Shown here: positions 12,561 to 23,906 of the stretch, piece after piece
Layout of the letters: every line of letters begins with the position of its first letter
How positions within the stretch are numbered: the stretch's first letter is position 1
Source: Callorhinchus milii
Taxonomy: Eukaryota
Assembly (NCBI RefSeq): GCF_018977255.1
Contig: NW_024704742.1
Coordinates: 135,286,001-135,350,000, forward strand
DNA length: 64,000 nt
Direction of reading: 5' to 3'
Made by a program: the position numbers and the translations under genes
Notes under the pieces: generated by a model
Databases searched by the model: none
Told to the model about the DNA's origin: nothing
What the model saw: the letters and a program-made list of their open reading frames with translations, nothing else

Positions 12561-13484
12561 CAGTCCCACTAAGATAGATGAGGGAGGAGAGGCTGGAGGA
12601 GGGACGCCTTTCTGACGTGAAGGACGCGATATAAGTGTAATTTGTTGCTGTTGTTCTAATAGTAACATGGAATCTTTAACATCCACCTGAACAGGTAGAC
12701 GGGACCTTGATTTGCAGATCTCATCTCCTCCGACAACGCAAAACCCCCACCAGCACTGCACTGGAGCATCAGCTGATGAGCATAATGTCCTGATGTAGAG
12801 GCTTGAACCCAAAACCTGGGTCCCACAATCTCCAACTCAGCATTACTCTCCTTTGCCCCTCACTCCCATCTTTTAAACCCCACCTTAAAACCTTATATTT
12901 GGTGATCTATCTTCTGCCCATCCCTCACCCAACCTTACTTAGCTGCCCCTCCCCAACTCAGATACCCAGCCAGTTGCGTGAAGGGTTTTGAGACATCCTC
13001 TCGATGCCCTATATAAATGCAAATTGTTGTTGTTGTAACAATACTAATCCTTGCATTTGATATAGCATCTTATCACGTCGTCGAGACGTCTCAAAGTACT
13101 TCACAGAATATACCGTAAAGTGCATTGGCTGTGCATTTTGTGGGCAAAACAGCCCACAAGACACATAACGCACTTTAAGGTATATCCTGTGAAGCGCTTT
13201 TGGGACATCCTCCTGACATGAAAGGTGCTATACTAAATGTAAGGATTATCAATAAGGAGTATTATTACAGGACATTTGTCAGGCCTTAGATGGAGTTTGG
13301 ACATATATTTAGGGTAATTACCAAATAATAAAGGGAAGGAATTAGATACATACCCGAAGAGGAGAAATATAAATGAGTAGATCACAAGATTATAAGATTG
13401 GTAGATGAAGAACCTTCAACCTTCTGATCTCAGGCCTCCAGAATATTTACCCTGTTGTCCTCCCATCACAACACCAAGGCGCCG

Positions 13485-14066
13485 TATAAATATGCAGTGT
13501 AGTGACTGTATTTGTTGGTGAAATTGGGAGCTAATTTGCACACAGCAATGTTCCACAGATAGCCGTTAAGTGAGTGTCCAATTTTATTTGGGGGATTGTT
13601 GGCTAGGACTCCAGGAGAGAGAGAAAGGAGTCCTGTAGCTCAGTCTTTGCAAGCGAGAGACTGAGTTTAATTCCAGGCAGGGCGAAACTTTGGGCAAGTT
13701 TCCTTACTCCACACGCCTAATAATAATAATAATCCCTCCAAAACCCAAAACAATAATAAATTGGTGATTTTCAATCTGCGACTGTTTGTGGGACATTGCT
13801 GTGCGCAATTGGCTGCTGCGTTCGCCCACAAATATACAGTCAATTCACTTTACAGTGTGTTCTGTGAAGCGCTTTGGGACGTCCTCCCGACGTGAAAAGC
13901 GCTATATCAAATGCAAGGATTATTATTATTATCATTAAACTCCTTTCTCTTTTCGAATAGCACCATATTGGACCATCAACATGAGTTCTTCATCCCGACG
14001 TAGGGCTTGAACCTACAACCTTCTGACTCAGAGATAAGATTCCCACCAACTGAGCCAGATTGACAC
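13485..14066 (-). mobile_element. DeuSINE family B interrupted by SINE A (13627-13936)
   Basis: Host text ccaggagagagagaaa|...|aaactcctttctcttttcgaatagc and head gaacctacaaccttctgactcagag...ccaactgagccag. Confidence 0.75.
13627..13936 (+). mobile_element. SINE family A, short subfamily
   Basis: ggagtcctgtagctcag head (small deletion), body near-identical to the 24024 copy, (att)n tail. Confidence 0.9.
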
Positions 14067-14521
14067 ACAATAACACACAAACAATAACAACAATAACAAC
14101 AAATTGATTTTAATAGCACCTTTCACATCAGGAGGACGTCCCAAAGGCATTGGACAGTCAAGGGTTTGCACCTGAGATTGGAGTCAAGAGGGGTGGAGGG
14201 TAAGGGGTGGTCGGAGGATGACTGAAGGCACGTTCAAAGAGGACTATCTTAATAAAGATCAAACAAACACAAATAAGAAATTCTGCAGTCTGTGCCTGTT
14301 CAGGTGGACTTTAAAGATTCCATGGCACTATTCGAAAAGAAAAGGGAGTTTCTCCCAATGACCTGGCCAACAGTTTTCGATCCCCCAGATAAAACTGGTC
14401 TTGGCTGCTTTGCTGTGCGCGAATTGATTACCTCATTTATTTGCAAAGTAGTGTAAAATTCGATGTAGCTTACATCGTACAGTAAAATTGAGCCAGCCAG
14501 CGGAGGCACAGGTCACCCATA

Positions 14522-14815
14522 AATAATAATAATAATAATCCTTGGATTTGATATCGCGCTTTACACGTCTTCTAGACGTCTCAAAGCGCTTCACAGAATA
14601 TATTTCAAAGTGAATTGACAATATATTTGTGGGCAAAAATGCGCAGCCAATTGTGCACAACAGTGTCAGTCGTGGATTGAAGTGACCATATTATTGATTT
14701 ACTTATTTGTTTTTCTTGAGGGATTATTATTAGATATGTGGAGTAAGGAAACTTGCCCAAGGCTTCTCCCTGCTAGGTCTCTCATCTGGTAGGAGAATGC
14801 TCTAACAGGACACCA
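14522..14815 (-). mobile_element. SINE family A, short subfamily, degraded head
   Basis: (aat)n tail, acgtcttctagacgt stem-loop, tggagtaaggaaacttgcccaagg. Confidence 0.8.
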
Positions 14816-16013
14816 CAATCTTATAGGATGGGGGAACAGGCTCGAGGGGCTGAATGGCCTACTCCTGTTCCTATGTTCCTAAGGCGCCACATCAAATGCA
14901 TCAAATTACTGTTATTATTGGTATTATGCTTCTATGCTGCATTCGGAAAGCGAAATACAAACAGTTTGGGGAGGGGAAGAAAAACAGCACATCATTCACT
15001 GGAAATTCTGAACAGATGGGAAATAGGTTATGTGCGTTGAGTGAATTTTTTTCTCTCTCCCCAGGGCTACATTTTTTTTGCCCATCAAGTAAACCACAAT
15101 TCTGTCCTTCAAGCCCTCGTCTGCTCATTCAAAACTATGGCCACAGTTGTCCGTTCTCTGAGGTTCACTCCATCAGCTGCCAAAGAGCATTGCAATGTTA
15201 CCACCTTTTATTCATTCATTCAACTTCTTACATTCATGTAATGATGATAATAATAATAGTAATCCTTGCATTTGATATAGCTCCTAATTGCGTCATTGAG
15301 ACGTCTCAAAGTGCATCACAAAATATACTGTAAAGTGGATTGACTGTTTATTTTATGGGTGAAATGTGGCAGCAATTGTGCACAGCAGTGTCCCACAAAC
15401 AATCGTGGATTATAAACAGGCGCATGGAGTAAGGAAACGTGCCTAAAGATTTGCCACACGCAGGAATCAAACCCGGGTCTTCTCACTTGCGAGGTGAGCC
15501 CAGTAAATACTGTGCTACCGGAGTAGAAATGAATTTGTCTATTATAAAATCTGCACAATTTTTTTTGGTCAACCATGTGGAGGGTTTGGAACAAAGCAAC
15601 GGCAGGAAATAGTCTTTGCAGATGTGTGGAACGATGTGCTATTTTGACAGTTTCCAGAAGACATCTGATACTCACAGTGAAGACCATATGCTTTTCCCTT
15701 TGATCGGCCATGGGTCTGACACACACAGAGCCATCACCGTGCTTCAGAGACTCCGATCCAAACCACTGGGTTCCACAAATCCGTGGGACTTCTGGGATGG
15801 AACGTGCCTTCTCTCCTCTCTCCATCACATGCCTCTCCTCCCGCACCCTTCTTTCTCTTCGACCATGCCTTTGGTCTCCCTCCCACCTCTCTGTCTTCCC
15901 TCACCTCTACACCACCCCTCCCCCATGCTCGGGCTCCATCACCTGACTGTTCAGCGCTTTAGGACATCCTCCCGACATGAAGAGCGCTCTATAAATTTTT
16001 TTGGTTGTTGTTC

Positions 16014-16682
16014 TTATTACCTAATCCCCAGAAAGTATTAGGTGCAGATGGGCGAGAGGTGAGGCTTGGGGATCCCCAGAGTGTCAATTAGGAGTAACTG
16101 CCAGAGTTGAACCAGCTAAAACTGTATAGCTTGCCATTGAGAGCACTGCCTGGCAAGCTTTCCCGCTGTTTGGCTGGCTAGGACCACGCTACCTGTCAGG
16201 GCTTTTTTTTTGGTCAGTTGGTTATCGTGCCGAAACCCATCCCCATGCTTAAGAGTATCCAAACCAAGCTGAGAATTCCTGCATCCCACCTACACAAGGA
16301 AATTCTCCCTGAAGGGATGCAACCTGTCTACCTAATTCCAGAAAGTATTTGGCGCAGGTTGGCAAGACCCAAGACTTGAGGACTCCAGTGTGCGCATTGG
16401 AGGTAACTGCCGGAGGCTAACCAGACAAAACTGCATAGCCATTCATATCCCAGTCTGGCAAGTTTTCCCTCTGCTTGTCCAGCTAGAAATTCTCTCATTA
16501 GGGCTTTGGCTCTTGTAGAGTTAACCGGTGCTGAGAGGGAAGAATCTTTGCCCCCAGTGACTCGTCAGCCCTTCAACTCCTGCCAGGTTGGCTGGGCTAT
16601 CATGGACAGTGCTTTGGAGCACTGCAGACTTGCCTGGCTGAGGAAGTGGGCTACCGAGACCACCGCAGAGGATGACTTACAA
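16014..16682 (-). repeat. Unclassified A-tailed interspersed repeat, two adjacent copies (partial 16014-16203; longer 16203-16682)
   Basis: Both contain cctaat(t/c)cc(c)agaaagtatt.gg.gcag; the second begins with tttttttttggtcag; homologous to the 19860, 23210, 41100 and 46864 copies. Confidence 0.75.
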
Positions 16683-16820
16683 ATAACAAAACCACCAAGA
16701 CTTCTGATCAGTCTGTCAGGGTACAGACATTTTAGCCATGTCGGGAGTTCAAACTCAAAGGTCCAGGCTGCCGTTTCAGTGCACTGTTGGAGGTGCTATC
16801 CTTCGGATAAGACATTAAAA

Positions 16821-17149
16821 GAGTCCTCTAGCTCAGTGGTCAGAGCACTTGCTTTTCAAGCGAGAGACCTGAGTTCAATTCCCGGCAGAGGGCGAAATCT
16901 TAGGCAAGTTTCCTTACTCCACACAGAGCCTATTAACAGTCCCTCCAAAAAACAAAACAATAATAAATTGGTCTTTTTCAATCTACGACTGTTTGTGGGA
17001 CACTGCTGTGCGCAATCGGCTGCCGCGTTCGCCCCCAAAAATATATAGTCAATTCACTTTACAATATATTCTGTGAAGTGCTTTGGGATGTCTAGGAGAC
17101 GTGAAAAGCGCTATATCAAATGCAAGAATTATTATTATTATTATTATTA
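16821..17149 (+). mobile_element. SINE family A, short subfamily, full length
   Basis: A box tagctcagtgg, B box gttcaattcc, (att)n tail. Confidence 0.92.
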
Positions 17150-17242
17150 AGGCACATCTACCTGTTCAGAGGATCATTAAAGATCCCATTGCATCATTTG
17201 AAAACAGGTGTCCTGATAGACAATCCTACAAATTGTAGGATT

Positions 17243-17536
17243 TGTGGAGTCCTGTAGCTCAGTGGTTAGAGCACTCGCCTTCCAAGCGAGACACCTGGGT
17301 TCAATTCCAGGCAGAGGGCGAAACCTTCCTTACTCCACGCGCCTAATAATAATCCCTCCTAAACAATACAATAATAAATTGGTCATTTTCAATAAACGAC
17401 TGTTTGCGGGACACTGCTGTACGCAATTGGCTGTCGTATTTCGCCCACACATATACAGTCAATTCACTTTACAGCATATTCTGCGAGAAGACGTGAAAAG
17501 CGCTACATCAAATGCAAGGATAATTATTTATTATTA
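17243..17536 (+). mobile_element. SINE family A, short subfamily
   Basis: gtggagtcctgtagctcagtggttagagcactcgcc head, body and tail. Confidence 0.9.
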
Positions 17537-18671
17537 AATTCATGGCTGTGTGTGAGACATTGCTGTGTGCGAATTGGCTGCCGCATTTGCCTATGAAAAT
17601 ACACAGTCAGTATAGTTTACAGTGAATCCAGTGAAGCGTTTTGAGACATCATCTTGTCGTGAAAGGTACTGTATGAAATGCATGGATTATTCATTGTATT
17701 TCAATGCTGATTTTACCGTGGTTCTGTTTGCAACCATATGTTCAAGTTATAATTTGCAATCAAATGAATGTTTTCCGGACATGGTATCTGAGGAGTTTGG
17801 AAAGCAACCTCCACATTTCCCAAGCCACACATGTGGTGTACATTAAAATCAAATTTTTTTTTGTTTGCCTTGTTTGATTCTTGGTTTTGCACGCATGATG
17901 ATGTGTACTGCATTTGTGTGTGTATGTCTGTGTGTGAACTGTCCGCCTGTGCTTGAAAGTCTATGCGAGCATATGTGTGTGTGTCTGAATCTGTGCATGT
18001 GTCTGTGAATGTGTGCGTGGGTGCATTTGTCTACAGAAAAAGTCCACCCGTTTTACAATCATTACTGCAAAGCGAATTTCAACATATTAGATGCTAAAAT
18101 AAGTTTCTTTCTTTCTTTCTTTCTTTCTTTTTTTTCCCAAGAGCTGCGGGACACTACCCTGCGTGAAGGGCACTATATGAATGCAAGTTATTGTTGATGT
18201 TCCTTTTTTCCCTCTTCCTCCATCGTTCAAAGCACCCGGTAGATTTACTCAATTAGTCCTGCACTACAGCCCTGCTAACTTTAGGATTCCCTCCCTGGGT
18301 TTAATAACCTGACTGAATTGTTTGGGAGTGCAGCAAGTTTTGTTTTGGGAAGTTGGGAACCTTTTGATGTTATGATTCATGGTTCAGGACCTCATTCCGC
18401 TATGTTTTATTTCCTAATGTTGTTTCTGTCTCTAGCGATTCATCCTGTGCCAGTTTCCAACTGAGCTTTGATGCCGGCAGTGGCTTGGGCAGTCCCACCT
18501 AACAAACAACCGCAAAACATTGTGAAGAACTCGATTGAAGTAGCCTGCACGGAAAAGCATGAATCACATCGTATCATGGCACCAGTTCCTTTCACCCACT
18601 TCCCCACATCAAACCTCTCCTCCCCCTCACCCCACCCACACACACGTTCTCTCCATGAGATTCGTATTTCT

Positions 18672-19045
18672 CCATCCTGTGGCGTGTTGGTTAGAGCACT
18701 CACTTTGCAAGCGAGAGGACCTGGGTTCGATTCTCGGGCAAGGCAAAAACTTAAGCAAGTTTTCCTACCCCACGTGCCTCTTTTTACCGAGCAGTAAGGA
18801 GGAACCTAGTTGTTAGTCGATTGACTGATCACTTTCCAGGTATACTAATCGCTTAAAAATAAGTAAATAATAATTTAGTTACTCAATCCACGACTGTTTA
18901 TGGGACACTGTGTGCGCAATTGCCTGCCGCGTTTCACCCACAAATTACACACAGTCATCCACTTTACAATCCATTCTGTGAAACGCTTTGGGACGTCTCA
19001 ACGACGCGATGAGGCGTTATATCAAATAGAAGGATTATTATTAAG
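18672..19045 (+). mobile_element. SINE family A, long subfamily
   Basis: Head with ggttcgattc, central cagtaaggaggaacctagttgttagtcg segment, tail. Confidence 0.85.
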
Positions 19046-19059
19046 GATTATTATATCTC

Positions 19060-19680
19060 TGCGTGCCCATTCTCCAAAGCATCTCGCTGGACGGTTTAAA
19101 ATAAACTGAGCCTAGAGCTGGTGACGTAGTTGTTTAAACTGCACTCAAGCTTTAATATATTAACTCTGAACACACCAATTTATCAAGGGGAGATAATGAG
19201 TCATTTTATTAGCAGGGAAAGTATCGAGAACTAATCTTCCCACAAAGATGAAACACCTCCGCTTTTTACAGCGCGTTATTAATTCACCCGCTACTTTGCA
19301 TTTATTTTCTTTGCGCAGAGAATCTCTCTTCACTGTAAATAATAATCGCTGTAATTAATAGAGAGGCTATTTTACCTCTGAATCTGGTAAAGAACAATTA
19401 ATCAGCACAATGCTAATAGATGCTTTGGCAAGCAGTTCACAATTGCACTTGTCTTAAAATGCTGAGCGTGCCGGGAGACAGAATGCAGGAGGACTTTTGT
19501 TGCTGTGTTGTTGGTTTTTCTTCGCCCCACTCGTGATGTGATTAAGGCCACACATAATAAATAAAGTGCACGCATTCATCTACTGGAGTTTGGGCTTCGC
19601 TTTCATGAAAAGCTTTCCCATTTTCGCCTGAGTCTCCCTCAGTCGAGAGAATGGACAGACAGCTCCTTGTGCACACTTTC
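19060..19680. promoter_or_regulatory. Candidate conserved non-coding element/enhancer
   Basis: About 600 bp with no recognisable repeat; clustered TAATTA, ACAAT (Sox-like) and TGAGTCA motifs. Inference only. Confidence 0.35.
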
Positions 19681-19859
19681 CTTAAGTTATCATAATAATA
19701 ATAATAATCCTTGCATTTGACACAGCGTCTTATCACGTCGTCGAGACATTCCAAAGCGTTTCACAAGATTTTACCCTAAAGTGCTCCAACCGTGTGTATT
19801 TTGTGGGTGAACGTGGTAGTCAGTTTTGCGGACAGCAATGTCGCACAAACAGCCCACAA

Positions 19860-20108
19860 AGTTAGACGCCAGCAGTTAATCAAATTCCCCCACGCCTTGG
19901 TTCCTGCCAACCTGTGCCTAATACTTTCCGGAATTAGGTAAGCAGGATGCTTCCCTCCAGGGAGAGAGAGAGCGTATTCCATTCCAATAAACGTCTCTGG
20001 AATTTCCATGTGTAGGTGGGATGGATGGAATTCCCAGGTTGGTTTAAGTGCTCTGAAGCGCGGTGATGGGTTTCCGTGCATGTCAGACACTCGGCTGACA
20101 AACAAAAT
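19860..20108 (+). repeat. Unclassified A-tailed repeat, 3' portion
   Basis: Ends ggtgatgggtttccgtgcatgtcagacactcggctgacaaacaaaa. Confidence 0.75.
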
Positions 20109-20729
20109 GTCAGGGTGCACGCTCGCGTACGCAGATGCGATACTGGCTCAGATGTGAGACAGAGCACTACCGACTGAGCCCGGCTGACACCTCTCTGAAT
20201 TCAACCCCTCCCCACGCCACACCCATCCCGCGCTCCCCCATCCCTTCCCCGCCCCCAGTCCTGCATTGCACATAAAAAATTGTAGGGGTTATTATTAAAA
20301 AGACTCAATAAAAATACATTGCAAATTAATTTCAAAATGTCCTAATTAATACCTTCTTGTAGCAACAATAGTTTTGAAAAAGATATTTTCGACCACAAAA
20401 TATACGGTGGATTCACTTTTTGAAGGAAGTGCTTTGAGACGTCTCAACGAGGTGATAAGGCGCTATATCAAATGCAAGGATTATTACTATTATTATTTTT
20501 GCATTGCCTTTCACTAATGTTTGACAATGAGAGGCTCATACTTGCCTCGGAGAATCCTGCTGCGGGCTGACAAGTCGAGATGTTTAGCATCCGAGGATGT
20601 TTAGCTGCTCAGGAGTTACAGAGTTCAGTGGAGCATAAAGACAGCACAGATTTCTACGGTTGCCCCTGACCACTTCCATCCCTGGCTTCAAAGGCTGTTG
20701 GTGAAGAGATCAAAATATTGTTTGTTTGA

Positions 20730-21108
20730 AGGAGTCCTGTAGCTTATTGGTTAGCGCGCTCACCTCGCAAGCAAGAGGACCCAGGTTCGATTCCTGGAGG
20801 AGAAACCTCAGGCAATTTTCTCAGGCCACCTCCTCAGGCCTCTGTTTGCCTACCAACTAGTAGGAACCTAGTTGTTAATCGATTGGCGGATCGTTTTCTG
20901 GAAGTAATAATCCCCTCAAAAAATGTAATAATGATAATTTGGTTATTCAATCCATAACTGTTTATGGGACACTAGTGGGACAATTGGCTGCCACATTTTG
21001 CCCCCAAAATATACAGTCAATTCACTTTACAGTATATTTTGTGAAGCCCTTTGAGACGACTCAATGACGTGATAAGGCACTATATCAAATGCAAGGATTA
21101 TTATCATT
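20730..21108 (+). mobile_element. SINE family A, long subfamily
   Basis: ggagtcctgtagcttattggttagcgcgctc...ggttcgattcc; tail tatatcaaatgcaagg(att)n. Confidence 0.88.
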
Positions 21109-22599
21109 AAGAAAGCCCTTTGGCCCATCTGATCTCATCTTTCCAGGACACCCATATTACTGTTCAGCCCACTACAGCATCAAGCTGTTTTTTTATTTGA
21201 AACGAGTCCCTGGTCTCAACCACCCTTCCTGTTCCACTCATTAATTACCCTCAGGGTAAAGGAAAACTTCCCGTGTCTGTCCTCAAATTGTCCCTATTAA
21301 GCTCTAAAGCTGTGTCTGCTGTCTTGGTGCATCCAAGGGTATAGTTACGGTTAAGAAGGCTATAGGAATCACAGTCTAGGCTGCTACTCCACTGCAGTGG
21401 TAGGGGGTGTGCTGCATGAAGGAGTGAAGCGCCTTGGGACGTCCTCCCGACGTGAAAGGCGCTCTATAAATGGAATCTTGTTGTTGTTGTTGTTGAAGCT
21501 GCTTATTCCCAAAACCCACTACCACCACTCGATTGACTCCGGCCTTCTGCATGTCCCTCATGCCTTCCGTTCCACGATCAGTGGCCGTACTTTTAGCCAC
21601 TACTCCCCGAACCTCTGTAACACTCTCCCTCTATCCCTCGTGCCTACAGTCACCTCCCCCCAGCTTGGCATTCTGTTCCATCACTGTCAAGCACTCTGGG
21701 ACTCTACTATATTAATGCAGGTTGTTGCTAACATTCCCCGCCGGAAATATTTGCTGTTCACTTCATGGCTGTTAATGGGATATTGGCTGTCACTACAAAA
21801 TACGCAGTCACTACACTTCACTGTAGATGCTGTGAAGCACTTGGAGACCTCCTGTTGTCGTGAAAGGCATTGTACCAAATGCTATCATCAAGAATGGTCA
21901 TTATTGTTAGTATTATAATCATGACCAAATAAAATCGGTCACCCACTTCGAGGGTGTTTGTGAGACACTGCTCTACGCAAACTGGCAGCCGCCTTTCACC
22001 CACAAAACACGCAGTCCAAAACAAAAAGGAACACTTTGCAGCGTATCCAGCGAAATGCTTCGAGGCGTCTCGAGGACGTGATGAGGCGCTGTATCAAACA
22101 CAAGGATTATCAGTCGGGTGTTTGAACGAGAAATGAACATTAAAAAAAAAGACATACCCCATCATTTTTCACAAAATCTCCACAGAAAAAGCAGGAGCAA
22201 GGAAAGCAAGAAGATTGGCACTTTTCTCCCCCCAATATTTTTTTCTGCTGCCGATGCATGGCAGGTGCATGTCAGGGGGCATGCCTTACAGGAGGACCTG
22301 AGGGCAGGCCAAAATAGTGGCAGTTAATCATCCAATAAAATGCATACGACAGATGGGAATGGAAGACGAGAGTTATCCTCCCATGATTGCTCTGCTAATT
22401 TTGCCTTTTAAATTTATTAGCAACATGTCACACTGTAGCTCATCTCCCTTAGGCTTGCCGAGTTTCTGTCACCCAACATCACCCAGCGTTCAAGGGGAAA
22501 AAAGAGTTAGCGAGATTCGCCCAAGTTTAATGTGTCGGGGACACGCTCAACTGAAGGCTTAAACAAACACGCAACGTGCGCACACAGCATGTCAACAAA

Positions 22600-22937
22600 T
22601 AATAACGATCCTTGCTTTTGATATATTTTTATTACGTCGTTGAAATGTCTCAAACCACTTCACAGACTGTGTATTTTGTGGGCCAAACACGGCAGCCAAC
22701 TGCGCATGGCAATGGCTCACTGACAGTCATGGATTGATGGACCAAATCTTTTTTTTTAGGGATTATTAACCCCAGAAAGCAATCTGCCAATAAACTAACA
22801 ACCGGGTTCGTACTTACTACTAGTGCAGCAAGGCGTGTGGAGTAAAGAAACTTGCCTAAGATTTCGCTCTGCCTGGGAATCAAACCCGGGTCCTCTTGCT
22901 TGCAAAGTGAGCATGCTAACCACTATGCTATGGACTA
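22600..22937 (-). mobile_element. SINE family A, long subfamily
   Basis: Reverse-complement head, central segment and tail. Confidence 0.8.
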
Positions 22938-23209
22938 CATGTGGCGTAGGAGCAATCACTGAGTTTTTCTGCATAGAAGGAGGCCATACGGCCTCTCTCC
23001 CCTGTGCTGGTTCTGTGCATGAGTCTAGGTGTCAGCCTGGCTCAATCGGTAGCACTCTCGCTCTGAGTTAGAAGGTTGTGGGTTTAAGCTCCACGTTAGG
23101 ATGTGGAATCAGAGTCTAAGCTGACACTCCAATGCAGTTCTCTAATTGCGCCGCACAAACTGGCTACTGGGTTCGCCTACAAGATAGACAGTGACTACAC
23201 TTTACAGAG

Positions 23210-23740
23210 GAATGTTGGAATCAAGTTAGTTCTCTGTGGTGGTCTCCCTTGTCTGGCTCCTGAGCCAGGTTTGCAGAGCTCCAGGGCACTTTTAATAAGC
23301 AGCCAGCCCTGGCTCATCGATAGGGCTTTAAGGGGCAAAGCTGGATATAGCAATAATTCCTACTCAACTGCTGTTAGCCCTGCAAATCAAAGCCCTAATG
23401 GTGTAATGGTCTTAGCTGGACAAGCTTGCCAGATAGTCATCTCAATTGCAAGCTATACTGGTTTTAAACTCCAGCAGTTACCCCCTTCCCCCATCCACTA
23501 CACACATTCTGGGGTCCCCAAGCCTTGGCTCTTGCCAACCTGCACCTAAGTCTCTTCAGAATTAGGTAAGCAGTGTGCAATTCTCTGGGGAGAGGGAGGG
23601 TGAGAGAAAGAGAGAGAGACTGCACGTTCTATTTTAAACACAGGGTATTTTCCATGTGTGGGGGGTGTTCATATCTGGTTTGGATACCCATAAGCACGGT
23701 GATGAATTTCTGTGTACGCCAGACACCCGGCTGACCAATT
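23210..23740 (+). repeat. Unclassified A-tailed repeat, apparently near full length (~530 bp)
   Basis: Starts gaatgttggaatcaagttagttctctgtggtggtctcc; ends ccagacacccggctgaccaa. Confidence 0.75.
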
Positions 23741-23906
23741 TACATTTTAATTGGCATTTACTGAAACAAATGAGTGAATGTATCAGTATTGATTTCTGTG
23801 CTCTCCCACCCCTCCCTCCATCAAGGTCCCTCCATTTCCTGGTAGGGGTAGGTATGCAAGGTCTCCTTGGAGTTGAATTGGTTCCAAGGTGACATGCTTA
23901 GCAATA

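Larger units (their letters stand above)
16700..17693 (+). mobile_element. DeuSINE family B split into three pieces by two SINE A insertions
   Basis: Collinear pieces ...ggaggtgctatccttcggataagacattaa | ctacctgttcagaggatcattaaagatccc...gtgtcctg | ttcatggctgtgtgtgagacattgctgtg...tail. Confidence 0.75.

Noticed and set aside
15045..15165. Strong pyrimidine tract ending ccccag
   Set aside because: No good downstream donor and no recognisable peptide
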